Shown piece after piece: positions 23,082 to 34,200 of a DNA stretch of 42,462 nucleotides. Numbering within the stretch: position 1 is the first letter of the stretch; each line of letters starts with the position of its first letter. The DNA lies in the NCBI GenBank assembly GCA_032718475.1, contig JAUCBJ010008233.1:1-42462 (forward strand). Direction: 5' to 3'. Source of the stretch: Nemertoderma westbladi (Eukaryota > Animalia > Xenacoelomorpha). The notes beneath the pieces were generated by a model that was not told where the DNA came from, searched no databases, and worked only from the letters and a program-made list of their open reading frames with translations. Made by a program: the position numbers and the translations under genes.

Positions 23082-23220
23082 AAATACCCGGCAGATACAT
23101 TGGGATTTGAGATACCGGTATATGATAGTGGTTTAAGTAAACAACGAGGATTTCATATCCTTTTATCTAAAAATAGTTAAATTAAAAAAAAAACTAATAT
23201 ACGAAATTGGATAGAGTTTC

Positions 23221-23262
23221 AACAAAAGCAAACAGTCGGCCGAAACCGGAGGCAACCCGAGG
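23221..23262. mobile_element. Shared terminus of the 36-bp-array element (Helentron/DINE-1-like, non-autonomous)
   Basis: AACAAAAGCAAACAGTCGGCCGAAACCGGAGGCAACCCGAGG. Its reverse complement aligns with the flank of array A at ~10854-10894. The AACAA-hairpin-ACCCG layout recalls DINE-1 ends. Confidence 0.45.
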
Positions 23263-26200
23263 GTAGGGGTGGGCGCTACTCCTATCTGCTACTCGAGGGA
23301 AGGAATGCGCGCTACTCTTATCTGCTACCCGAGGGTAGGGGTGGGCGCTACTCCTATCTGCTACCCAAAGGTAGGGGCGGGCGCTACTCCTATCTGCTAC
23401 CCGAGGGTAGGGGTGGGCGCTACTCCTATCTGCTACCCGAGGGTAGGGGTGGGCGCTACTCCTATCTGCTACCCGACGGTAGGGGTGGGCGCTACTCCTA
23501 TCTGCTACCCGACTGTAGGGGTGGGCGCTACTCCTATCTGCTACCCGAGGGTAGGGGTGGGCGCTACTCCTATCTGCTACCAGAGGGTAGGAATGGGCGC
23601 TACTCCTATCTGCTACCCGAAGGTAGGGGTGGGCGCTACTCCTATCTGCTACCCGAAGGTAGGGGTGGGCGCTACTCCTATCTGCTACCCGAAGGTAGGG
23701 GTGGGCGCTACTCCTATCTGCTACCCGAGGGTAGGGGTGGGCGCTACTCCTATCTGCTACCCGAGGGTAGGGGTGGGCGCTACTCCTATCTGCTACCCAA
23801 AGGTAGGGGCGGACGCTACTCATATCTGCTACCCGACGGTAGGGGTGGGTGCTACTCCTATCTGCTACCCGAAGGTAGGGATGGGCGCTACTCCTATCTG
23901 CTACCCGAAGGTAGGGGTGGGCGCTACTCCTATCTGCTACCCGAGGGTAGGGGTGGGTGCTACTCCTATCTGCTACCCGAGGGTAGGGGTGGGCGCTACT
24001 CCTATCTGCTACCCAAAGGTAGGGGCGGACGCTACTCATATCTGCTACCCGACGGTAGGGGTGGGCGCTACTCCTATCTGCTACCCGACGGTAGGGGTGG
24101 GCGCTACTCCTATCTGCTACCCAACGGTAGGGGTGGGCGCTATTCCTATCTGCTACCCGACGATAGGGGTGGACGCTACTCCTATCTGCTACCCGAAGGT
24201 AGGGGTGGGCGCTATTCCTATCTGCTACCCGACGGTTGGGGTGGGCGCTACTCCTATCTGCTACCCGACGGTAGGGGTTGGCGCTACTCCTATCTGCTAC
24301 CCGAAGGTAGGGGTGGGCGCTATTCCTATCTGCTACCCGACGGTTGGGGTGGGCGCTACTCCTATCTGCTACCCGACGGTAGGGGTGGGCGCTACTCCTA
24401 TCTGCTACCCGACGGTAGGGGTGGGCGCTACTCCTATCTGCTACCCGACTGTAGGGGTGGGCGCTACTCCTATCTGCTACCCGACGGTAGGGGTGGGCGC
24501 TATTCCTATCTGCTACCCGACGGTAAGGGTGGACGCTACTCATATCTGCTACCCGACGGTAGGGGTGGGCGCTACTTCTATCTGCTACCCGACGGTAGGG
24601 GTGGGCGCTACTCCTATCTGCTACCCGACGGTAGGGGTGGGCGCTACTCCTATCTGCTACCCGACGGTAGGGGTGGGCGCTACTCCTATCTGCTACCCGA
24701 CGGTAAGGGTGGACGCTACTCATATCTGCTACCCGACGGTAAGGGTGGACGCTACTCATATCTGCTACCCGACGGTAGGGGTGGGCGCTACTTCTATCTG
24801 CTACCCGATGGTAGGGGTGGGCGCTACTCCTATCTGCTACCCGACGGTAGGGGTGGGCGCTACTCCTATCTGCTACCCGAAGGTAGGGGTGGGCGCTATT
24901 CCTATCTGCTACCCGACGGTTGGGGTGGGCGCTACTCCTATCTGCTACCCGACGGTAGGGGTGGGCGCTACTCCTATCTGCTAACCGACGGTAGGGGTGG
25001 ACGCTACTCATATCTGCTACCCGAAGATAGGGGTGGACGCTAATCCTATCTGCTACCCGACGGTAGGGGTAGGCGCTACTCCTATCTGCTATCCGACGGT
25101 AGGGGTGGGCGCTACTCCTATCTGCTACCCGAAGGTAGGGGTGGACGCTACTCCTATCTGCTACCCGAAGGTCAGGGTGTGCGCTACTCCTATCTGCTAA
25201 CCGACGGTAGGGGTGGACGCTACTCATATCTGCTAACCGACGGTAGGGGTGGACGCTACTCATATCTGCTACCCGAAGATAGGGGTGGACGCTAATCCTA
25301 TCTGATACCCGACGGTAGGGGTAGGCGCTTCTCCTATCTGCTACCCGACGGTAGGGGTGGGCGCTACTCCTAGCTGCTACCCGAGGGTAGGAATGGGCGC
25401 TACTCCTATCTGCTACCCGAAGGTAGGGGTGGGCGCTACTCCTATCTGCTACCCGAAGGTAGGGGTGGACGTACTCATATCTGCTACCCGAAGATAGGGG
25501 TGGACGCTAATCCTATCTGCTACCCGACGGTAGGGGTAGGCGCTACTCCTATCTGCTACCCGAAGGTAGGGGTGGGCGCTACTCCTATCTGCTACCTGAA
25601 GGTAGGGGTGGGCGCTACTCCTATCTGCTACCCGACGGTAGGGGTGGGCGCTACTCCTATCTGCTACCCGACGGTAGGGGTGGACGCTACTCCGATCTGC
25701 TACCCGAAGGTAGGGGTGGACGCTACTCCTATCTGCTACCCGAAGGTAGGGGTGGGCTCTACCCCTATCTGCTACCCGAAGGTAGGGGTGGGCACTACTC
25801 CTATCTGCTACCTGAAGGTAGGGGTGGGCGCTACTCCTATCTGCTACCCGATGGTAGGGGTTGGCGCTACTCCTATCTGCTACCAGAAGGTAGGGGTGGG
25901 CGCTACTCCAATCTGCTACCCGACGGTAGGGGTGGGCGCTACTCATATCTGCTACCCGACGGTAGGGGTGGACGCTACTCCTATCTGTTACCCGAATGTA
26001 GGGGTGGGCGCTACTCCTATCTGCTACCCGAGGGTAGGGGTGGGCGCTACTCCTATCTGCTACCCGAAGGTAGGGATGGGCGCTACTCCTATCTGCTACC
26101 CGAAGGTAGGGGTGGGCGCTACTCCTATCTGTTACCCGACGGTAAGGGTGGGCGCTACTCTTATCTGCTACCCGACGGTAGGGGTGGACGCTACTCATAT

Positions 26201-27950
26201 CTGCTACCCGAAGGTAGGGGTTGGCGTTACTCCTATCTGCTACCCGAGGGTAGGAATGGGCGCTACTCCTATCTGCTACCCTAAGGTAGGGGTGGGCGCT
26301 ACTCACATCTGCTACCCGAAGGTAGGGGTTGGCGTTACTCCTATCTGCTACCCGAGGGTAGGGGTGGGCGCTACTCCTATCTGCTACCCGACGGTAGGGG
26401 TGGACGCTACTCCTATCTGCTACCCGAAGGTAGGGGTGGGCGCTATTCCTATCTGCTACCCGACGGTTGGGGTGGGCGCTACTCCTATCTGCTACCCGAC
26501 GGTAGGGGTGGGCGCTACTCCAATCTGCTACCCGACGGTAGGGGTGGACGCTACTCCTATCTGCTACCCGACGGTAGGGGTGGACGCTACTCCTATCTGC
26601 TACCCGAAGGTCAGGGTGGGCGCTACTGCTATCTGCTACCCGAAGGTAGGGATGGGCGCTACTCCTATCTGCTACCCGAGGGTAGGGGTGGGCGCTACTC
26701 CTATCTGCTACCAGAGGGTAGGAATGGGCGCTACTCCTATCTGCTACCCGAAGGTAGGGGTGGGCGCTACTCCTATATGCTACCCGAAGGTAGGGGTGGG
26801 CGCTACTCCTATCTGCTACCCGAAGGTAGGGGTGGGCGCAACTCCTATCTGCTACCCGAGGGTAGGGGTGGGCGCTACTCCTATCTGCTACCCGAGGGTA
26901 GGGGTGGGCGCTACTCCTATCTGCTACCCAAAGGTAGGGGCGGACGCTTCTCATATCTGCTACCCGACGGTAGGGGTGGGTGCTACTCCTATCTGCTACC
27001 CGAAGGTAGGGATGGGCGCTACTCCTATCTGCTACCCGAAGGTAGGGGTGGGCGCTACTCCTATCTGCTACCCGAGGGTAGGGGTGGGCGCTACTCCTAT
27101 CTGCTACCCGAGGGTAGGGGTGGGCGCTACTCCTATCTGCTACCCAAAGGTAGGGGCGGACGCTACTCATATCTGCTACCCGAAGGTAGGGGTGGACGCT
27201 ACTCCTATCTGCTACCCGACGGTAGGGGTAGGCGCTACTCCTATCTGCTACCCGACGGTAAGGGTGGGCGCTACTCCTATCTGCTACCCGATGGTAGGGG
27301 TGGGCGCTACTATCTGCTACCCGACGGTAGGGGTGGGCGCTACTCCTATCTGCTACCCGAGGGTAGGGGTGGGCGCTACTCCTATTGCTACCGGACGGTA
27401 GGGGTGGACGCTACTCATCTGCTACCCGAAGGTAGGGGTGGGCGCTATTCCTATCTGCTACCCGACGGTAGGGGTGGGCGCTACTCCTATCTGCTACCCG
27501 ACGGTAGGGGTGGACGCTACTCATATCTGCTACCCGTAGGTAGGGGTGGACGCTATTCCTATCTGCTACCCGACAGTAGGGGTGGGCGCTACTCCTATCT
27601 GCTACCCGACGGTAGGGGTTGGCGCTACTCCTATCTGCTACCCGACGGTAGGGGTGGACGCTACTCATATCTGCTACCCGAAGGTAGGGGTGGACGCTAC
27701 TCCTATCTGCTACCCGACGGTAGGGGTAGGCGCTACTCCTATCTGCTACCCGACGGTAAGGGTGGGCGCTACTCCTATCTGCTACCCGACGGTAGGGGTG
27801 GGCGCTACTATCTGCTACCCGACGGTAGGGGTGGACGCTACTCATATCTGCTACCCGACGGTAGTGGTGGGCTCTACCCCTATCGGCTACCCGACGGTAG
27901 GGGTGGGCGCTACTCCTATCTGCTACCCGACGGTAGGGGTGGACGCTACT
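23256..27950 (-). repeat. 36-bp minisatellite array B (~130 units), inverted relative to array A
   Basis: Unit ACCCGA(A/G/C)GGTAGGGGTGGGCGCTACTCCTATCTGCT, the reverse complement of the array A unit. Confidence 0.97.
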
Positions 27951-28159
27951 TATTATTATTCTCGCCTATTAGGCGCAGCACCAGTCAAGCTGGTATATAA
28001 TTGAATAGTTAAATAATGAAGTAAAATGACACATCAGTGACAATAAAATATGGCTAATCGTAAACAGTGACTAAAATCATAATTATAATTATTTACGTAA
28101 ACAGAGACAGTATCATCAATTAAAGTTATTTACCATTTACGTCACACACCTTGACAACT

Positions 28160-31100
28160 TTAAAACCAGGCGGGATAACAAAATAAATCTAATATCATGT
28201 TGTGCTTAAATTTAAAACTGGTAGATAAACGGTAGCAGCTATCTATGAAGTTGATTTTGACCGCCTCTGCTAGTGATACTTCACCTGGTATTATTCGATT
28301 TTTTAGGGCTGATTTTGAGTATTTATTTGTTAAAAGAGACTGCATATTGGGGAGTGGGTATGCTTTATAACTCTTTTCATATGTGGAGAAGACACCTGTG
28401 TAAGAAGCACCGTATTCCGAAGCACTTACTCGAAGGAATGACTGAATTAACATATTGTTGGATTCAAACGATCGTGTAATGATCCCAATATTTTGCCGAT
28501 ATACTTCCATTGAGAGTGGAATACAACCAAGTAGGTTGTACACAACCTGGTTGTCTGCATATGGTCCGAGGTGGAGGATGCTCCGTAAGGCCTTACGGTA
28601 TGCCACATCTAACAGTTCGATTTCAGTATCACGCATGGAACCCACAGTAAACTTGAGAGTATACAAGATGGAAGGTATAGCTACCGTCCGCCATATATAT
28701 CCAACGGTTGTGCAGTCAAAGTGTCTTGTAGTCCAACCATGTCTGTGAAAGCAGCTGGTTAACCTTGCGATCGACTGCTGTGCATCCTTTAATGCAGATG
28801 TATTCACTGAGTACAATGGATAACCCAGGAATGTAAGTTTAGGGCTGGCTGGAACTAAGGTGGTATTAATACTTAGAAACGACGGGATTTCTTTTGCCGA
28901 TTGACCATTCCCAACGAATACCGCCCATTTCGTTTTGGATCCTTCTATGTCCAATTTTATATTGTTGAGCTCTGTTGTTAGTAACAACACCATTGCCTCT
29001 AAGTCATGCATTGTACGGCTGCAAAGAAGCACATCATCAGCATAAGCTAGGCAGCCCAACCAATGAAGATGAAGGTTAAATCCATATCCACTTGACTCAA
29101 GTGCTGAGATAGCATCTGAGGTGTAGAAGAGAAATAATAATGGTGATATCAAGCTACCCTGTTTCACACCCCGCCGAATGATGATTCCCTCACAATCTAT
29201 TAAGTTACCAAAACGTAGATAGGCGGCTGTTTGGAGATAATACGAAACCATGGACAGACAGATGAATGGATTGAGGTAGGATGATAGCTTCTTGAATAGT
29301 GTAATGTACTGGACGTTATCAAATGCTCCATGCATGTCCATCTGACACATGTAAACGTTTTGACCCCGACTACGTTGTGAATTCAAAAATTCTAGAAGTG
29401 CTGCGATGATTAAATCTGAGCCCATTTTCTTTTGATATGCCAGCTGGGAAAGTGGGATGCATTCAAAAAGCACAGGCAAATATTCCTGCAGCAGGACGCT
29501 TTCAAAAACCTTCCCAAAGATACTAACTGAAGATATTGGGCGATAGGACCTTGGATTCAACTGTGGACGGTTTTTCCCTTTATATATATGAGTAATTAAC
29601 GTTTTGCCAAATAATTCAGGCACTTCCCCCAATCGAAAGCATGCATTGACGATATCTGCAAGAACTTCAGTTATGAATGATTCCTCTAGGCAAAGAAGAT
29701 GCTCAACCATTAGTGAAGCTGCATCAGTTGCTTTCCCCAGTGCAAGAGAAGCAATCGCCCGTCGAATAGTGCAAGGAGAAATAATGGGTGGCAAAATATC
29801 GTTACATGAACTACGAAGCTTATCTGTAAACTGCAATAGTTCATCGTCTTCCTGGACATTCGGCTCATTCCTGCACTTCAAGTCTTCTCTTAGAAGTTCT
29901 TGAACATCCCTTGGTGGCGTAGATTTGTCTTTCTTACTAAAATACTGCCAGAATTGCCTAGGATTTTTATCAAATCCTGTTGCTCTCTTCCGAATGTCTT
30001 TATGTAAGAGAGATTTGGTCAGATAATTTTTCAGTTTCCTTATTGAACGACGCGATTCTTTGTAGGCATCTCCAAATATATTATCATCACCTTTACCATC
30101 TTTGCACCATAAATTGTATAGTTGTCGACATGTATTTGTTCTTGATTTCAAAACCCTTGATCGTATACGCAAATTCTTTGTTACATGCTTATTTGAATGG
30201 GTACATGGGAGGTTATGATTGGCTGATAGAGTAAGTATCATTTGCAGTTGGTTTACAAATATATTTGTGTCATCTGCAGTCCATTTTGTAGCACTTGGCA
30301 ATGTCTTATATATGTCGCTAATTCTCTGCGTTACATCATTTTGAAAACGTGTGAGATGATCCTCGCTTATCCTGTTCCATGCAACTCTACCTTTGAGCCG
30401 GCGGGAGTCATGCTGTTGTTCCTCGCAGTTATATACTCGGCTGGTTTTGAACTGGAACAGTGCTGTCAGAGGAACGTGATCCGAGTGGTATGTGCACTCT
30501 TCTTTAAAAATTGTACCCTGAACAAGTTGGTCATTGCCATGTTCATTGGTTATAATGTGATCTATATAGGAAGATCCGTGTCCCCGAAAAGTAATACATG
30601 GCCCCAAGAATTTATTTTCTGTGTCAGCCGCAACCAGACTTCTGTCTACTAAGAAGGAATTGAACCGTGAACCTCTGTCTGTTGGTTTATCCCAACCCCT
30701 GCGGGGACCCTGCAAAGGACCAAGGTCAGCGTTGGTATCAGCTAGTATTAGTGGTGTAGCATCTTCATATTGGTCAAGGATATTGCTGAGTCTCCCCAAA
30801 AATTCCTCATAATTTGCTTTGGGTTTTGAAGTGTCAGGGAAATAGCCATTCAATAAAACTACTGGTTGTACGACTTGGCAGAGTGATGCATGTATCCCTA
30901 TGATATCTTCCCCTGATACAATTTTACTGACATTGGAAAAAGTAGATTTTCGAAATAGCATAGCTACACCACCCCGTACACCATTGTTGACCACATAGTC
31001 TCGACATGTAAAGTAGCAATCAAATTCATTGTGTAACTTCGGTAATAAGTAAGTAGCTTCTAAATTATCCATCCATATTTCTTGCAATGCAAGAATGTCT

Positions 31101-31240
31101 AGGCTATCCAACAGTCCAGCAACAACATCCCAGCTCGGGATAATTCCTCGCACATTAAATGTACCAACTCGCAAGTCACAAGTATCTGGTCGTTGAATAT
31201 TGTATACTTTGTCAGGTGGTGACGTCTTTGTGCTAAACAT
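28160..31240 (-). CDS. LINE ORF2: AP-like endonuclease + reverse transcriptase (1026 aa)
   Basis: EN motifs TFNVRGI, LALQEIW, ADTNA, YIDHI, SDHVP. RT motifs YRPIS, DMHGAFD, GVKQGSLISPLLF, AYADD. Uninterrupted. Confidence 0.96.
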   Translation of the reverse strand: MFSTKTSPPDKVYNIQRPDTCDLRVGTFNVRGIIPSWDVVAGLLDSLDILALQEIWMDNLEATYLLPKLHNEFDCYFTCRDYVVNNGVRGGVAMLFRKSTFSNVSKIVSGEDIIGIHASLCQVVQPVVLLNGYFPDTSKPKANYEEFLGRLSNILDQYEDATPLILADTNADLGPLQGPRRGWDKPTDRGSRFNSFLVDRSLVAADTENKFLGPCITFRGHGSSYIDHIITNEHGNDQLVQGTIFKEECTYHSDHVPLTALFQFKTSRVYNCEEQQHDSRRLKGRVAWNRISEDHLTRFQNDVTQRISDIYKTLPSATKWTADDTNIFVNQLQMILTLSANHNLPCTHSNKHVTKNLRIRSRVLKSRTNTCRQLYNLWCKDGKGDDNIFGDAYKESRRSIRKLKNYLTKSLLHKDIRKRATGFDKNPRQFWQYFSKKDKSTPPRDVQELLREDLKCRNEPNVQEDDELLQFTDKLRSSCNDILPPIISPCTIRRAIASLALGKATDAASLMVEHLLCLEESFITEVLADIVNACFRLGEVPELFGKTLITHIYKGKNRPQLNPRSYRPISSVSIFGKVFESVLLQEYLPVLFECIPLSQLAYQKKMGSDLIIAALLEFLNSQRSRGQNVYMCQMDMHGAFDNVQYITLFKKLSSYLNPFICLSMVSYYLQTAAYLRFGNLIDCEGIIIRRGVKQGSLISPLLFLFYTSDAISALESSGYGFNLHLHWLGCLAYADDVLLCSRTMHDLEAMVLLLTTELNNIKLDIEGSKTKWAVFVGNGQSAKEIPSFLSINTTLVPASPKLTFLGYPLYSVNTSALKDAQQSIARLTSCFHRHGWTTRHFDCTTVGYIWRTVAIPSILYTLKFTVGSMRDTEIELLDVAYRKALRSILHLGPYADNQVVYNLLGCIPLSMEVYRQNIGIITRSFESNNMLIQSFLRVSASEYGASYTGVFSTYEKSYKAYPLPNMQSLLTNKYSKSALKNRIIPGEVSLAEAVKINFIDSCYRLSTSFKFKHNMILDLFCYPAWF

Positions 31241-34200
31241 ACTGCTGCCGCCTAGAAACAGTCACTCTATTGTTGCTAGCGTTCTGTACATATTTGTTGC
31301 CACCAAACTTTGTAATGTTGTTGGCTGTAGCTGTAATGTTCATGATGTTCCACTTTCGACAATTGATATAGTGAGGCCAAAAAGAGCTACCTAGTAGAGT
31401 CGATTGTGCTGACGCATCTGTAGTGATTCGCAAGCTTGTTGTGTTTCCATCTGTATGTACTGATGATATCCTGTGTAAGTGTATCCCTCTATTCCTTATA
31501 AGCTTTTCAATGCCTAACAAATCGATATCTCTTCTATCGGCTGTGACTTGGAGATAAGAGTATGGGTTATTCAGGACGTATCCTTTCCTGTTGTGTTGCG
31601 TTTGTTTGTCAGATGATCCAGGTTGCGAACTTATGCCTCCATTATGTATTACTTTATATGCATCGTTTTGTTTCTCCTTGGATATGGTCTCACTGTGACC
31701 GAATGCCCTGTTATTACGTTTTGTATTCTGCCAGGGGTTGTTGTTACCAGTGGTTGTTCTTGTGTCCTCTCTGTTGTGATCCATATTTCTTGAGCTCCTT
31801 GAATGGGCTACATTATTCTGCACTTCATTGAAAGGCCCTAAGGAGTCATAATAGTTATAGCAAGTTGTTGTTGGCTGCGGCTGTTGTCTATGATCCCTTC
31901 CACTGCCTAGATTCAATTTAGGGATTTGTCTACTTGTTCCATTATGATGGTTTATATTATTCTGTGGTTTTCGAGATTTATTCGTTGAAAACAGATTAGT
32001 GTTTTGTTGGTTAGATCTAGATGACTTCAATGTTGGATGCCTGTGTCTGTCCACATCCACTGATGCCGGATTGGTTTGTTTCCTGTAGGGCCCATCTGCT
32101 TCCTTCATATAGTTATGATTTTCAGTTTTATTGTGATGGTCGAAAGAGTGGATGTTGTTTGTATTTATATTTGAGGTAAGAGTTGCCTCAAGGACTATCC
32201 GTGCATGTCGCTCATGATTTAATTCATCTTTTAAATTACAGACACTTTCCTTTAGTACTGTATTCTCATTTTCAAGAACAGAAAGTCGTGCCTGAATTGT
32301 GGCTACTGAATGTACCAGATCGAGCCTTAGTTGGTCTGTGGCATTATCTTCTACTTTGACGCTACTGGTACTAATGTTACACTTTCGCAATCGTTTTCTG
32401 CATAGTTCCGTGAAAAGGTTCTCCTTTATGCACATTAAAAGCTCATAAATATCAATGCACAGTTCTTTGATCGAATTTCTGGAGATTACTTCAAATGTGG
32501 AGCTTTGGGTTGGGTGCATCAACCGCTTGACATCAATGAGCAGCTCATCTCTGGCACAGTGCAGTTTGGGCTTATTCTCCTGTGATATCATCTTGAGAGC
32601 TTTTTTCCTGTTTGATTTGATGATATTAGTAAAGTCAATTGAATAGGTTCTGTGGGAAAGTGTTTCGTTATTCATGGACTGTGATGAAAGTTGTGTTGAT
32701 GTTTGTGGGAATTGTGCATTCGTCGATGATGGTTGTATTTTAGTATGTGAAGCACTTCCTGATGGTTTGGATTTTGAAGGATGTGGTATTGCTGGTGGTG
32801 GGAGGATGCGACTCTGTTGATGTTGAACTCCACTCTCATCGTAGATTGTATTCTCATATTCCAGGTAGCCAATTTTCACATTTGCAACACCGGTGGAAGA
32901 GGAAATCTCATTTGATTCGGTAGTTAGAGAGCTGTTATTTTTTACTTGAGTCGGTGGGACGTACGTTCGGTCACAAATAACCTGGGGATGTTCCATAAGT
33001 TTGCAATTCTTGAGACATGAAAGAACCCAGTGCCTAGCGGCAGTACTATCATGGTAAATGGGTGATATCGTTGAACTTCCCTGAGCCTGAGCTAGAGCAT
33101 ACAGGCATAAATATATTCCACAGTTTACATAATCATGTTCAGGTTGCTGTGGATATGGCGGCGTACCACCGGCAACTATCCATTTCCGGCTAGAGGAGTC
33201 TGATATATTCCAATCGCTATTACAATCAATGAGAGATAGTAGGTCTGCGATGGCAAAGGTCGTGTTAGTAGGCATAGAAGAACCTTTTGAGCTTAGCAAT
33301 TTGACCGTTTTTATTTGTAAATCTGCAACATGTAGAACCCAGTGATTTTTGGTACATTCTGGAAAAAATATTAGATGTGGTCGGTGTTTTGTGTGTCTCG
33401 CAATGTAGTGGCGGGCCACATATTGTACCGCGATCAGTTGATCATGACCAGGTCGTCGCAGGTTATATGTTAGAGTTGTCAGAATGGGAGCTGTATGTGG
33501 ATACTGCCTGCAGATTAATCCCAGAAAACCGTCAACTACATCATCGTTAATCCATAGGTTTGCTGTATTTATAATTTCTTCTTGTTTTTTGGGCTCACTG
33601 TAGTTTAACTCCAGACACTTCAGCGATTCTTTTGCTGGTACTGGGTAGTTAGGCGCTGTAGTGCAGATAGAGTCAATGAAGATTCTAATTTCAGATGGTA
33701 TGTCACGTTCGCACATATTTAGATTGTTGTCTGGGTAAACATCATAACCAGTGCCGGCATCATTAGTTGCTTCATTGTAAGCGTGGCGCACCTTAGGGTT
33801 TAAGTTTCCACCCAATGTAACATCGTCAATGACTACCACACTGTTGTCAAATGATACATGTTTGTGTTCAGGATCATCTTCAGTAAGATCTATTGTTTCT
33901 GGAATAGTGATTTCAGGTTTATGTTTCTTCCTGAAGAAATCAGTTATCTTTGTTATATGAGTAGACTGATTCTTGTTGGAGAGGTTCCCTGATACTGCGA
34001 TCGAGGAAGGATCGACTCCGGTTAAACTCGAGGAAGAATCGACTTCGGTTAAACTCGAGGAAGGATCGACTCCGGTTAAACTCGAGGAAGGATCGACTCT
34101 GGTTAAACTCGATGAGGGATCGACTCCGGTTAAACTCGAGGAAGGATCGACTCCGGTTGAACTCGAGGAAGGATCGACTCCGGTTAAACTCGAGGAAGGA

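Noticed and set aside
16022-23100. Long ORFs up to 1019 aa on both strands
   Set aside because: They are translations of the 41-49-bp minisatellite that switch among three repeat peptides; artefacts.
23194-28004. ORFs of 400-690 aa with 12-aa repeats (also 8603-10762)
   Set aside because: The 36-bp unit lacks stops in several frames on both strands. Only the tail of 8603..9619 has protein-like content (a LINE fragment).
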